Positions 12,188-21,847 are shown, counted from the stretch's first letter. The stretch is DNA of 64,000 bases from Burkholderiales bacterium (GCA_035500055.1 DATJXO010000091.1:1197-65196); one strand, 5' to 3'. Translations and numbers: made by a program. Notes: generated by a model not told the origin, from the letters alone.

Positions 12188-13050
12188 TTCAGGCCGAGCA
12201 GTCTCGCCGCGTTCTGCTTCAGGATCAACGGCCGCACCTCCGGCTTGATCGGCAGCTTCTCGAAGTCCGCCAGCCACCGGTCGGGCTGAATCACCGGGTT
12301 GTCGCTGCCGAAGAGCACTCGGTCCTTGAGCAGCGTGTTGGCGTATTGCACCAGCTTCGGCTCGAAGTATTTCGGCGACCAGCCCGAGAGATCGATCCAT
12401 ACGTTCGGCTTGTGCAGCGCGACCGAGAGCTGCTCGTCCTGCCACGGCACCGCCGGGTGCGCGAGCACGATCGGCATCTCGGGAAAGTCGGCGGCGACGT
12501 CGTCGAGGAGGATCGGGTTGGCGTACTTGATGCGCAGGCCGCCGCCGCCTGGCATGCCGGCGCCGATGCCGGTCTGCCCGGTATGGAACAGCGCCGGCAG
12601 CTTCGCCTCCGCGATCGCTTCGTACAGCGGATACACGTCGCGGTCGTTGGGAAAGAAGCCCTGGATGATGGGATGGAACTTGAAGCCGCGCACGCCGAAA
12701 TCCCGGATCAGGCGCTTCGCCTCGCGCACGCCCATGCGGCCGCGCGCGGGGTCGATGCTGGCGAACGGGATCGCGACGTCGGCGTGCTCGTGCGCGGACT
12801 CGGCGACTTCCTCGTTGGAGATGCGGCGGATGCCCATGCCGCGCTCGTGGTCCACGGTGAAGACGACGAAGGCCATTTTCCGCGCGCGGTAGTACGCGGC
12901 CATCTGCGCGATGGTCGGGTGCTTCACCTCATAGCGGAAATAGCGGCCGCGTGCCTCGAGCGCTTCTTTCTCCGCCTCGTCCGGTAGCGCGCGGGTCGAT
13001 ACCTCGGCGTGGGTATGGATGTCGATCGCGACCAGGTTATCGATGTTCAT
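12184..13050 (-). CDS. Amidohydrolase_2-family metal-dependent hydrolase/decarboxylase/hydratase
   Basis: Start re-set to MNIDNLVAIDIHTHAEV (HxH metal motif). ...FKFHP..., ...LFGSDNP... 288 aa. ATGA overlap with the upstream stop. Confidence 0.85.
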   Translation of the reverse strand: MNIDNLVAIDIHTHAEVSTRALPDEAEKEALEARGRYFRYEVKHPTIAQMAAYYRARKMAFVVFTVDHERGMGIRRISNEEVAESAHEHADVAIPFASIDPARGRMGVREAKRLIRDFGVRGFKFHPIIQGFFPNDRDVYPLYEAIAEAKLPALFHTGQTGIGAGMPGGGGLRIKYANPILLDDVAADFPEMPIVLAHPAVPWQDEQLSVALHKPNVWIDLSGWSPKYFEPKLVQYANTLLKDRVLFGSDNPVIQPDRWLADFEKLPIKPEVRPLILKQNAARLLGLK

Positions 13051-14825
13051 GCCTGCACCTGTATGACGTTGGAAGCGGGGGGATCGGCGTAGAGCTGCTC
13101 GACCAGCGCCGAGCGCACCCGCAGCACCGCGCGCTGGTTGATGGAGCCCTTGTCGGTGACCTCGCCGGCGTCGATCGACGGCGGCACCTCGAGCACCATC
13201 GCGCGCGCGACGCGGTTGGAGCTCCCCGAGCTTTCGCGCGCGAGCTCCGCGAACACCCGCTCGAGCTTCGCGCGCAGCGCGCCGTCGCCGAGCTCGCGCG
13301 CCGCGGCGCTGGGGAAGACCAGCGCGCCCAGCTCGTCGCGATCGTGCCCGGTAATGACGCTGTCCTGGATCCACGGCGCGCCCGCCGCGTTGATGCGCGC
13401 GCGCAGAGGCCCGACCCGCGCCCACGTGCCCGACGAGAGCTTGAAGTCCTCGGCGATGCGGCCGTCGAATTCCAGGCCGAGCGACGGGTCGGCGGGATCC
13501 AGAAAGCGCATCGCGTCGCCCGTGCGGTAGTAGCCCTCCTCGTCGAAGGCCGCGCGCGAGAGCTCGGGCTGGCGCCAGTAGCCGGGGGTGATGTGCGGGC
13601 CGCGAAAGCGCACCTCGAGCTTGTCGTCGACCGGCACGAGCTTCATCTCGGCGCCGTCCACCGGCAGCCCGACGCTGCCCGCGCGTGGTGCGCCGCGGTT
13701 GGTGCTCATGGTGAAGGGCGCGGTCTCGGTCGAGCCGTAGCCGGTGATCCAGAGCACGCGCTCGCCGCAGGTTTCCTGCGCGAGGTCCTCGTACGCGCGC
13801 CACACCGGCTGCGGCAGCACCGCCGCGGCGTATTGCATCAGGCCGAGGCGGCTGAAGAAGTTGCGCCGCAGCTCGCGGTCGGCGCGCAGGTACGGCAGCA
13901 GCGCCTCGTAGCCGCGAGGCACGTTGAAGTAGATCGTGGGCGCGATTTCGCGCAGGTTGCGCACGGTCTTCTCGATCAGGCCGGGCAGCGGCCGCCCCTC
14001 GTCGATGTAGAGCGTGCCGCCGTGGCTCAGCACGATGCCCAGGTTGTGGTTCGCGCCGGCGGTGTGGTTCCAGGGCAGCCAGTCGACCAGCACCGGCGGC
14101 TGCTCGGCAAGCGAGGGCAGCGATTGCGCGAGCATCTGCTGGTTGCTGCAGAGCATGCGCTGGGTGTTGATGACGGCCTTCGGCTGCCCGGTCGAGCCCG
14201 AGGTGAGCAGGAACTTGGCGACCGTATCGGGCCCGACCGCGGCATGGGCCGCCTCCACCGCCGAGGTCGGTCGGGTTGCGGCGAGCTGATGGAAGCGCTC
14301 GCCGGTGACGATCTCGGTGCCGGAGGGCACTGCCGCGGCGATCGCGCGCCCGTAGCGTGCGGCGTCGCTGGCGTACACCAGCCCGGGTGTGAGCAGCGCG
14401 AGCGCCTGCTTCAGCTTCGCGAAATCGGCCGACAGCAGCGAGTACGCGGGCGACACCGGGACGAAGGCGATGCCCGCGTGCATCGCCGCGAGCGCGAGCA
14501 GCGCGTGCTCGAGGTCGTTCTCCGACAGGATCGCGAGCGGCCGCTCGGCGGAAAGCCGGCGCTCGATCAGCGCCTGGGCGAGAGCCCGCACGTGCTCGAA
14601 CGCATCGCCGTAGGCAAGCCGGCGCCAGGCGCCTGCCGCCGTCCGCTGCGCCAGAAACGGGCGTGCGGGGGCGGCGGCCGCCCAGTACACCAAGCGCTCC
14701 GTGAGCCGCGCGCCGTAAGGCGCGAGCGAGTGCGGCGAGCGCAGCAGGATCGAGCCGTCGGCTCGCCGCTCGATTTCGACCTCGGCGCGGCCTAGCCGAA
14801 CCGCGCGCACGGGGACGGCGCTCAT
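13047..14825 (-). CDS. AMP-forming acyl-CoA synthetase, feruloyl-CoA synthase (Fcs)-like
   Basis: LLTSGSTGQPKAV, GYGSTETAP, YYRTGD, ...EVTDKGSINQRAVL C-terminus. 592 aa. Confidence 0.85.
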   Translation of the reverse strand: MSAVPVRAVRLGRAEVEIERRADGSILLRSPHSLAPYGARLTERLVYWAAAAPARPFLAQRTAAGAWRRLAYGDAFEHVRALAQALIERRLSAERPLAILSENDLEHALLALAAMHAGIAFVPVSPAYSLLSADFAKLKQALALLTPGLVYASDAARYGRAIAAAVPSGTEIVTGERFHQLAATRPTSAVEAAHAAVGPDTVAKFLLTSGSTGQPKAVINTQRMLCSNQQMLAQSLPSLAEQPPVLVDWLPWNHTAGANHNLGIVLSHGGTLYIDEGRPLPGLIEKTVRNLREIAPTIYFNVPRGYEALLPYLRADRELRRNFFSRLGLMQYAAAVLPQPVWRAYEDLAQETCGERVLWITGYGSTETAPFTMSTNRGAPRAGSVGLPVDGAEMKLVPVDDKLEVRFRGPHITPGYWRQPELSRAAFDEEGYYRTGDAMRFLDPADPSLGLEFDGRIAEDFKLSSGTWARVGPLRARINAAGAPWIQDSVITGHDRDELGALVFPSAAARELGDGALRAKLERVFAELARESSGSSNRVARAMVLEVPPSIDAGEVTDKGSINQRAVLRVRSALVEQLYADPPASNVIQVQA

Positions 14826-14832
14826 GGCGCCG

Positions 14833-15525
14833 CTACAGCGCCGGGACGATCTTCACCTTGAGCTCGCCCACGCCGTCGATGCCGGCGTGCAGCTCGTCGC
14901 CCGGCTTGACCGGACCGACGCCGGCCGGCGTGCCGGAATAGATCAGGTCGCCCGGCTCCAGCGTGTAGTACTCGGACAGGAACGCGATCTGCTCGGGCAC
15001 CGACCAGATCATGTCCGAGAGGTCGGCCTTCTGCCGTTCCTTGCCGTTCACCCTGAGCCAGATCGCGCCCTTCGCCGGGTAGCCGATCTTCGAGGCCGGC
15101 GCGAGCGCGCTGCAGGGCGCCGCCTCGTCGAAGTCCTTGCCGAAATCCCACGGCCGGCCGTGGTCCTTGCCGACCTGCTGCAGGTCGCGGCGCGTCATGT
15201 CGAGCCCGGTGCCGTAGCCGAAGATGTGCTCGTTCGCCTTGGCCGCGGCGATGCGGCGCCCACCCTTGGCGATCGCCACCACCATCTCCGTTTCGTAGTG
15301 GTAGTTCGAGGTCTTCGGCGGGTAGTGCACCTCGCCGCCTCCGGCAACCAGCGCGTGCGCCGCCTTGAGGAAGAAGAACGGGGTCTCGCGGCCGTCGCCC
15401 CCCATTTCCTTCTGGTGCTCGACGTAGTTGCGCCCGACGCAGAAGATGCGGCGCACCGGAAACATGTCGCCGCTGCCGGTGACCGGAAGCGCCGGGGGAC
15501 TCCAGATCGGGATTGCGAAGGCCAT
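14833..15525 (-). CDS. Fumarylacetoacetate hydrolase (FAH) family protein (fumarylpyruvate hydrolase-like)
   Basis: RIFCVGRNYVEHQKEMG, YETEMVVAIAKGG, EPGDLIYSGTPAGVG. 230 aa. First gene of the minus-strand operon. Confidence 0.85.
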   Translation of the reverse strand: MAFAIPIWSPPALPVTGSGDMFPVRRIFCVGRNYVEHQKEMGGDGRETPFFFLKAAHALVAGGGEVHYPPKTSNYHYETEMVVAIAKGGRRIAAAKANEHIFGYGTGLDMTRRDLQQVGKDHGRPWDFGKDFDEAAPCSALAPASKIGYPAKGAIWLRVNGKERQKADLSDMIWSVPEQIAFLSEYYTLEPGDLIYSGTPAGVGPVKPGDELHAGIDGVGELKVKIVPAL

Positions 15526-15630
15526 CGCGGGGGTTCTCCTGGGAGGTTGCCGACGGGAAAAGGGCTGTTGCTGCCCGTTATTTTAGCGATTAGCATTACC
15601 GGCTCGCATTTCCAGCGACAGGAGGAGACC
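15526..15630. promoter_or_regulatory. Divergent promoter region between the catabolic operon and the ABC importer
   Basis: 105-bp gap, locally AT-richer (CGTTATTTTAGCGATTAGCATTACC with a TTAGC-N2-TTAGC direct repeat). Strong RBS GGAGGAG lies 4 nt before ATG 15631. Confidence 0.45.
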
Positions 15631-16839
15631 ATGATTCGCAGAATCGGTGTGCTGGCGCTTGCGCTGGCGGCGGCCGCGCTGGCCGCGTTTGCCACGGGGG
15701 CGTCGGCGCAGACCGTCAAGGTCGGCGTGGTGCTGCCCTACTCGGGAATCGGCGCGGAATTCGCGCAGCAGGTCGACCGCGGCATGAAGATATTCATGCA
15801 GCTGCATCCCGGCGCCTTCGGCAGCTACAAGATCGAGCTCGTCAAGCGCGACTCGAAGAACCCGAGCGGCGCGCCCGCGAAGACCGCGGTGCAGGAGCTG
15901 ATCACCCAGGACAAGGTGGACATCCTCACCGGGTTCATCTTCTCGCCGGATGCGATCGCCTCCGCGCCCCTGGTGACCGAGGCGAACAAGCCCATGATCA
16001 TCATGAACGCGGGCACGGCGTGGATCACGGATCTCTCGCCCGACATTGCGCGCGTCTCCTTCTCGATGTGGCACGCGGGCTTCGCGATGGGCCAGACCGC
16101 CGCGAAGATGCTGCACGCGAAGACCGCGGTGGTCGGCTATACCGACTATCCGCCGGGCAAGGACAGCCTGGAGGCCTTCAAGCACGGCTTCGAGGCGAAC
16201 GGCGGCAAGGTGATCGACGCGATTCCGATGGGCAGCCCGGCCAAGGTGCCGGATTTCACCCCGTTCTTCCAGCGCGTCAAGGACGAGAAGCCCGACGTGT
16301 TCTTCGTGTTCGTGCCCGCGGGCGACCACGCCGTCGCGGTGGCGAAGACCTACGCCGCGCTCGGCATGAAGCAGGCCGGCATCAAGCTGATCGGGCCCGG
16401 CGACATCACGCAGGACACCGAGCTGCAGAAAATGGGCGACGACGCGGTGGGGCTGATCACGGTGCACCACTACAACGCGGACCTCGACAATCCCGCCAAC
16501 AAGCGCTTCGTCGCCGCGTGGAAGAAGGAGTACGGCGCCGACTCGACTCCCGATTTCATGGCGGTGCAGGGCTACGACGGCATGGCGGCGATCGCGCACG
16601 TGGTCACCTCGCTTAAGGGCAAGATCGACGGCACCAGCGCGATGAAGGCGCTCGAGGGCTGGAAGTTCGACAGCCCGCAAGGCCCGATCATGATCGACCC
16701 GGCCACCCGCGACATCGTGATGAACGAGTACGTGAGCGAGCTGGAGAAGAAGGACGGCCGCATGGTGCAGAAGAACATCGGCGTCATCAAGGCGGTCAAG
16801 GACATGTGCAAGGAGCTGAAGGTCGGCCGCTGCAAATAG
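15631..16839 (+). CDS. ABC transporter periplasmic substrate-binding protein (Liv/branched-chain-type fold; substrate probably aromatic acid)
   Basis: Start re-set to MIRRIGVLALALAAAALAAFATGASAQ (signal peptide). TVKVGVVLPYSGIGAEF..., 402 aa. Confidence 0.88.
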   Translation: MIRRIGVLALALAAAALAAFATGASAQTVKVGVVLPYSGIGAEFAQQVDRGMKIFMQLHPGAFGSYKIELVKRDSKNPSGAPAKTAVQELITQDKVDILTGFIFSPDAIASAPLVTEANKPMIIMNAGTAWITDLSPDIARVSFSMWHAGFAMGQTAAKMLHAKTAVVGYTDYPPGKDSLEAFKHGFEANGGKVIDAIPMGSPAKVPDFTPFFQRVKDEKPDVFFVFVPAGDHAVAVAKTYAALGMKQAGIKLIGPGDITQDTELQKMGDDAVGLITVHHYNADLDNPANKRFVAAWKKEYGADSTPDFMAVQGYDGMAAIAHVVTSLKGKIDGTSAMKALEGWKFDSPQGPIMIDPATRDIVMNEYVSELEKKDGRMVQKNIGVIKAVKDMCKELKVGRCK

Positions 16840-16864
16840 CCGCAGCCGCGGCTCCGACAGGCAC

Positions 16865-16904
16865 GCCGCCGCCCGCGGGCACCTAGCGGGCGGCGGCTTT
16901 TTTT
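16865..16904 (+). terminator. Strong intrinsic terminator/attenuator between the binding-protein and permease genes
   Basis: GCCGCCGCCCGC-9 nt loop-GCGGGCGGCGGC (12-bp perfect stem) followed by TTTTTTT. Confidence 0.75.
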
Positions 16905-16905
16905 C

Positions 16906-17778
16906 GTGATGGACCTCGCCAACGTCCTGGGCATTCTTCTTGGCGGCCTCGCCTCCGGCATGGTGCTGTTCATCGTGTCGGTGGGGCTGTCGATCACGAT
17001 GGGCCTGATGGGGTTCGTCAACCTCGCGCACGGCGGCTTCGCCATGCTCGGCGGCTACGTGGTCGCGCTCTCGATGCGGTCTCTCGGCGTGCCTTTCGTG
17101 CCGGCGCTGGCGATCGCGTTCGTCGCGGTCGCCGCGCTCTCGGTGGTGCTGGAGCGCCTGTTCTACGCGCGCTTGTACCGCGCCGGCGAGCTCGACCAGG
17201 TGCTGTTCACGATCGGCCTGATCTTCGTGATGATCTCGGCGGTGACGCTGGCGGTGGGTCCGGAGGCGCAGACGCTGCGGCTGCCGGAGTGGCTGCGCGG
17301 CCAGACCGACCTCGGCTTCATGCGCTATCGCAGCTACAGCCTCGCGCTGATCGCGGCCGGAAGCGCGCTGGTGGTCGTGCTCTGGCTCGGCTTCGAGCGC
17401 ACCCGGATCGGGGCCCAGATCCGCGCCGCGGTGGACAACCGCCGCATGGCCGAGTCGATCGGCGTCAACGTGGCAAGGCTCTTCACCCTCACGTTCGCGC
17501 TCGGCAGCGGGCTGGCGGCGGTGGGCGGTGGCCTCGGCGCCGAGATCCTCGGGCTCGATCCGCAGTACCCGCTGCGCTACCTGGTCTACTTCCTGATCGT
17601 GGTGTCGGTGGGCGGGCTGGGGCGCGTGACCGGCGTGTTCTTCGCGGCGCTGCTCATCGGCGTGCTCGATTTCGTCCTCAAGATCCGGTTCCCGCAGGGC
17701 GGCACGCTGTTCATCTACGCCCTCACCCTGGGGTTGCTGCTGTGGCGGCCGCAGGGATTGTTCGGGAAGCGCGCGTGA
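16906..17778 (+). CDS. ABC transporter permease (LivH-type)
   Basis: (M)MDLANVLGILLGGLASGMVLFIVSVGLSITMGLMGFVNLAHGGF... Start is GTG 16906 or ATG 16909. Confidence 0.88.
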   Translation: MMDLANVLGILLGGLASGMVLFIVSVGLSITMGLMGFVNLAHGGFAMLGGYVVALSMRSLGVPFVPALAIAFVAVAALSVVLERLFYARLYRAGELDQVLFTIGLIFVMISAVTLAVGPEAQTLRLPEWLRGQTDLGFMRYRSYSLALIAAGSALVVVLWLGFERTRIGAQIRAAVDNRRMAESIGVNVARLFTLTFALGSGLAAVGGGLGAEILGLDPQYPLRYLVYFLIVVSVGGLGRVTGVFFAALLIGVLDFVLKIRFPQGGTLFIYALTLGLLLWRPQGLFGKRA

Positions 17779-18773
17779 TGACGTCCCCCCTGCCGGCGGC
17801 CGAAGCGCTGGCGCGGCGGCATCGCCTGCGCTGGTGGGAGGCGCTGCCGTGGGCGGCGGCGATGGCCGCCTATTTCGTCTTTCCCACGTACCTTGCCTTC
17901 GGCACGCAGGTGCTGGTGACGGTGCTGTTCGTGCTGTCGCTCGACCTAGTGCTCGGCTACGCCGGCATCGTCACCCTGGGGCACGCGGCGTTCTTCGGTG
18001 CCGGCGCCTATACCGTGGGCTTGCTCGCGCAGCACGCCGGCTGGAACGAACCCCTCTCCGGTCTCGCCGCGGCCGCCGTGGTCGCGGGATTGCTCGGCCT
18101 GGCGAGCGGCTTCGTAGTTCTGCGAACGCAGGGGCTGACGCTTCTGATGCTCACCTTGTGCACCATGGCGCTGCTCGAGGAGTCCGCCAACATGGGCGCG
18201 GCCTGGACCGGCGGCTTCGACGGCTTGCCGGACCTCCAGTTCAAGCCGCTGCTCGGCTTGTTCCGCTTCGAGCAGCTGTCGTACCGCCCCCAGTACTTCT
18301 ACGCGCTCGCGGTGCTGTTTGCCTGCTTCGTGCTCGTACGCACGCTGGTCCACTCCCCGTTCGGGCAGTCGCTCACGGGAATCCGCGAGAACCTGCTGCG
18401 CATGCATGCGGTGGGCGCGCCGGTGCACCGGCGCCTGGTGACCGCGTACGCGATCTCGGCGGCGCTCGCCGGAGTCGCCGGCGGGCTGTTCACGCAGTGC
18501 AACGCCTACGTGAACCTTGCGGTGCTGGGGCTGGACCGCGCCGCGGGCGCGCTCATCATCCTGATCCTGGGCGGCTACGGGCGCCTCTACGGCGCCTTCG
18601 TCGGCGCGGTTGCCTACATGGTGCTCGAGCACGTGCTGGCCCGGGCGTACCCCACCGCCTGGCAGCTCGGCATCGGCCTGCTGCTGATGGCGGTGGCGCT
18701 CTATGCGCGCAACGGCATCCTCGGGCTGGCCGCGTCGCTGGCGCGCCGCGCGAGCGGCTCGAGGCGCGCATGA
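17778..18773 (+). CDS. ABC transporter permease (LivM-type)
   Basis: Start re-set to MTSPLPAAEAL (ATG 17778, overlapping the upstream TGA). ...LDLVLGYAGIVTLGHAAFFGAGAY... Confidence 0.87.
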   Translation: MTSPLPAAEALARRHRLRWWEALPWAAAMAAYFVFPTYLAFGTQVLVTVLFVLSLDLVLGYAGIVTLGHAAFFGAGAYTVGLLAQHAGWNEPLSGLAAAAVVAGLLGLASGFVVLRTQGLTLLMLTLCTMALLEESANMGAAWTGGFDGLPDLQFKPLLGLFRFEQLSYRPQYFYALAVLFACFVLVRTLVHSPFGQSLTGIRENLLRMHAVGAPVHRRLVTAYAISAALAGVAGGLFTQCNAYVNLAVLGLDRAAGALIILILGGYGRLYGAFVGAVAYMVLEHVLARAYPTAWQLGIGLLLMAVALYARNGILGLAASLARRASGSRRA

Positions 18774-19525
18774 GCGGGCCCCTGCTCGAGACGCGCGGGC
18801 TGTGCAAGAGCTTCGGCGCGCTGGAGGTGGCGCGCGAAATCGCGATCTCGCTGGAGCGCGGCGCGCGGCATGCGCTGATCGGACCGAACGGCGCCGGCAA
18901 GACCACGCTCGTCAACCTGCTGACCGGGCTGCTGCCGGCGACGCGCGGCCAGGTGCTGCTCGGCGGCGAGGATGTCACCGCGCTGGGCCCGGCCGAGCGC
19001 GCGCGGCGCGGCATCGCGCGCACGTTCCAGATCAACCAGCTGTTCCGCGGCCTCAGCGTGCTCGAGAACGTGTGCATCGCGGTGGCCGAGCGCCTGCGCG
19101 TCGGCGGCCGCATGCTGAAGCCGGCCGGCCGCCGGCGCGAGGTGCTCGAGCGCGCCGAGCGGCTGCTCGCGCAGATGCGCCTCGAGGCCGACGCCGGGCG
19201 GCGGGTCGGCGAGCTGGCCTACGGCCGCCAGCGCCTGGTCGAGATCGCCATCGCGCTCGGGCTCGAGCCCAGGGTGCTGCTGCTCGACGAGCCCGCCGCG
19301 GGGGTGCCGAGCGCCGAGAGCCACATCATCCTGGACGCGATCGCCGCGCTGCCGGCGGATATCGCCGTGCTGATCATCGAGCACGACATGGAGCTCGTAT
19401 TCCGCTTCGCCGAGCGCATTACCGTACTGGTGAGCGGCGCGGTGTTCGCCCAAGGCGCGCCGGCCGAGATCGCAGCGCACCGCGAGGTGCGGGCGGTGTA
19501 CCTGGGGAACGCGCTCGATGCCTGA
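18770..19525 (+). CDS. ABC transporter ATP-binding protein (LivG-type)
   Basis: Start re-set to MSGPLLETRGLCKSFG (ATGA overlap). Walker A GPNGAGKTT, signature-like YGRQRLVEIA, Walker B LLLDEP. Confidence 0.9.
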   Translation: MSGPLLETRGLCKSFGALEVAREIAISLERGARHALIGPNGAGKTTLVNLLTGLLPATRGQVLLGGEDVTALGPAERARRGIARTFQINQLFRGLSVLENVCIAVAERLRVGGRMLKPAGRRREVLERAERLLAQMRLEADAGRRVGELAYGRQRLVEIAIALGLEPRVLLLDEPAAGVPSAESHIILDAIAALPADIAVLIIEHDMELVFRFAERITVLVSGAVFAQGAPAEIAAHREVRAVYLGNALDA

Positions 19526-20219
19526 GGCGCTGCGGCTGAAAGGCGTGTCGGCGGGCTACGGCGAAACGGTGGTGCTCGAGGGCGTCGACCTCGCGCTCGG
19601 CGCGGGCGAGCATCTGAGCATCATCGGGCGCAACGGCGTGGGGAAGTCGACGCTGCTCGCGACCGTGATGGGCCACACCACGCTGCATACCGGGACGATC
19701 GAGCACCGCGGCGCGCGCATCGATGCGCTGCCGCCGTTCGCCCGGGCGCGCGCGGGCGTCGGCTACGTGCCGCAGGAGCGCGAAATCTTCCCCTCGCTCA
19801 GCGTGCGCGAGAACCTGGAAATCGGCGCGCGCCCGGGCGCCTGGACGAGCGGCCGGGTGTTCGACCTGTTCCCGCATTTGCGCGAGCGGCTCGGGCACGG
19901 CGGCGGCCAGCTCTCCGGGGGCGAGCAGCAGATGCTCGCGATCGCGCGAGCGCTGATGACCAACCCCGACCTGCTGCTGATGGACGAGCCGACCGAGGGC
20001 CTCGCCCCGGTGATCGTGCAGGCGCTCGCCGCGGTGCTGGCGCGGCTGCGCGCCGAGGGCGGGATCGCGATCGTGCTGGTGGAGCAGAACAGCCGCATCG
20101 CGCTCGAGTTCGCCGAGCGGGCCGCCGTCATGGACCGCGGCCGCATCGTCTACGACGGGCCCTCGGTGCGGCTGCGCGAAGACCCGGAGTTCCTCGCCAG
20201 CCTGGTCGCGGCGCAGTAG
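19518..20219 (+). CDS. ABC transporter ATP-binding protein (LivF-type)
   Basis: GRNGVGKST, LSGGEQQMLAIARAL, LLLMDEP. Confidence 0.9.
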   Translation: MPEALRLKGVSAGYGETVVLEGVDLALGAGEHLSIIGRNGVGKSTLLATVMGHTTLHTGTIEHRGARIDALPPFARARAGVGYVPQEREIFPSLSVRENLEIGARPGAWTSGRVFDLFPHLRERLGHGGGQLSGGEQQMLAIARALMTNPDLLLMDEPTEGLAPVIVQALAAVLARLRAEGGIAIVLVEQNSRIALEFAERAAVMDRGRIVYDGPSVRLREDPEFLASLVAAQ

Positions 20220-20224
20220 AGCGC

Positions 20225-21781
20225 CTAGCCGCGCGGCGGACGCAGTTCCTTCTCGAGCAGCTCGCGCAGCTTGAAGCGCTGCACCTTGCCCGTCGCGGTG
20301 CGCGGCAGCTCGGGCAGCGCCCGGATCCACTTCGGCCGCTTGTGGCGCGGCAGTCCCTCGCAGGCGCGTCCCGCCGCCGCGACCGCCTCGGGCTCCGCGC
20401 CGCGCGCGGCGACGAACAGGGCGAGGCGCTCGAAGCCGTCGCCATCGGTGACCTGCACGCACGCCGCCTCGGCTACCGCGCCCTCGGCCGCAACCGCCTC
20501 CTCGAGCTCTCCCGGACGGACCCACTGACCCGCGACCTTGAGCAGCTCGTCCGAGCGCCCCTGGTGCAGGAAGTAGCCCTCGGCATCCCGCGTGAAGAGG
20601 TCGCGGGTGCAGAACCAGCCGTCCTGGAACTGCGCCGCGGTCTGCTCCGGCCGGTTGGCGTAGCCGAGCGCAAGCGCCGGGTGGCGCAGCCAAAGCACCG
20701 CAACCTCCCCCGCGCCCGCAGTGCCGCCGCCGGCCGGACGCAATTCAGCCGCCACTCCGGCGAGCGGCCGCCCGGTGCGGGCGCCGTTCGAGGAGCCGGG
20801 GGGCGTCAGCATGCAGGCGCAGAACGTCTCGGACATGCCGTAGAGCGAGAGGATTTCCCCGCCGGTCGCCTCGCGCCACTGCTCGACCAGCGCCTGCGGC
20901 AGGCGCTCGCCGGCGGCGACGAAGCGGCGCACCGCGCGCATTGGCGCGAGGCGGCCGGCGCCGAGCGCCAGCAGCCTCCGGTAGAAGGTCGGCACGCTGA
21001 AGAGCGCCGCGGGCCGATGGCGCTCGACGTGCGCGAGCACCGTCTCCGCGTCGGGCCAGTCGGGGATCAGGACGCTGGCGGCACCGGTGGCGAGCGGCCC
21101 GAGCAGGCCGTGCTCCAGCGCGTAGGCGAAAAAGAGCTTGGAAGTCGCGAGCACGGTGTCGCCGGCGGCGAGGCCAAGCGCCTCGCGCATGTCCTGGCCC
21201 GCGGGCAGCACGCTGCGATGCGCGTGAACGATGCCTTTCGGCAGCCCGGTGGTACCCGAGGAATAGAGCCAGAATGCGGGATCCTCGGCGCCGACTCGGG
21301 CCGGCCCGGCACTCGCAGGCGCGGCCGCGAGCGCCGCGCGCCAGTCCCGCGCGCCCGGCCAGCGCGCCGCCAGGCGCGCGCTCGCCTCGCCCGCGATCGC
21401 GAGCGCGCTGTCGGCAGCTTGTGCGGCCGCCAGGTCCGCGCGCGCCTCGGCGAACAGGTCCTCGACGAGCGCCAGCCGGGCGCCGCTGTCGGCGAGCACG
21501 TGGCGGTACTCGGCTTCCGTGAGTTTGGTGTTGAGGGCGATCGCGACGGCGCCCGCATGCAACGCGCCGAGCCACGCCGCGGCGAATTCGGGCGTGTCGC
21601 GCATGAGCAGCAGCACGCGCTCGCCGCGCTGCACCCCGAGCGCGCGCAGCGCGGCCGCCGCCTGCGCCACGCGCCCGGCGAGCGCAGCGTAGCTCACCGC
21701 CTCGGCACCGCAAAGTAGCGCCGTGCGTGCGCCGTGGCGGCTGAGCGCGGCGGGGCCGAGCAGATGCTCCAGGGCGTTCAC
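20225..21781 (-). CDS. Aryl-CoA ligase (benzoate/4-hydroxybenzoate-CoA ligase family)
   Basis: YSSGTTGLPKGIVH, YGMSETF, C-terminal PRTATGKVQRFKLR. GTG start. The usual T-G-D motif reads T-R-D (GWFCTRDLF). Confidence 0.85.
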   Translation of the reverse strand: MNALEHLLGPAALSRHGARTALLCGAEAVSYAALAGRVAQAAAALRALGVQRGERVLLLMRDTPEFAAAWLGALHAGAVAIALNTKLTEAEYRHVLADSGARLALVEDLFAEARADLAAAQAADSALAIAGEASARLAARWPGARDWRAALAAAPASAGPARVGAEDPAFWLYSSGTTGLPKGIVHAHRSVLPAGQDMREALGLAAGDTVLATSKLFFAYALEHGLLGPLATGAASVLIPDWPDAETVLAHVERHRPAALFSVPTFYRRLLALGAGRLAPMRAVRRFVAAGERLPQALVEQWREATGGEILSLYGMSETFCACMLTPPGSSNGARTGRPLAGVAAELRPAGGGTAGAGEVAVLWLRHPALALGYANRPEQTAAQFQDGWFCTRDLFTRDAEGYFLHQGRSDELLKVAGQWVRPGELEEAVAAEGAVAEAACVQVTDGDGFERLALFVAARGAEPEAVAAAGRACEGLPRHKRPKWIRALPELPRTATGKVQRFKLRELLEKELRPPRG

Positions 21782-21847
21782 GGGCGTCGCGTTGCTCGCG
21801 TCGGGGGGATCGCCTAGGATCGTAGCTTTCTCGCGGCGGCAAGGTCA

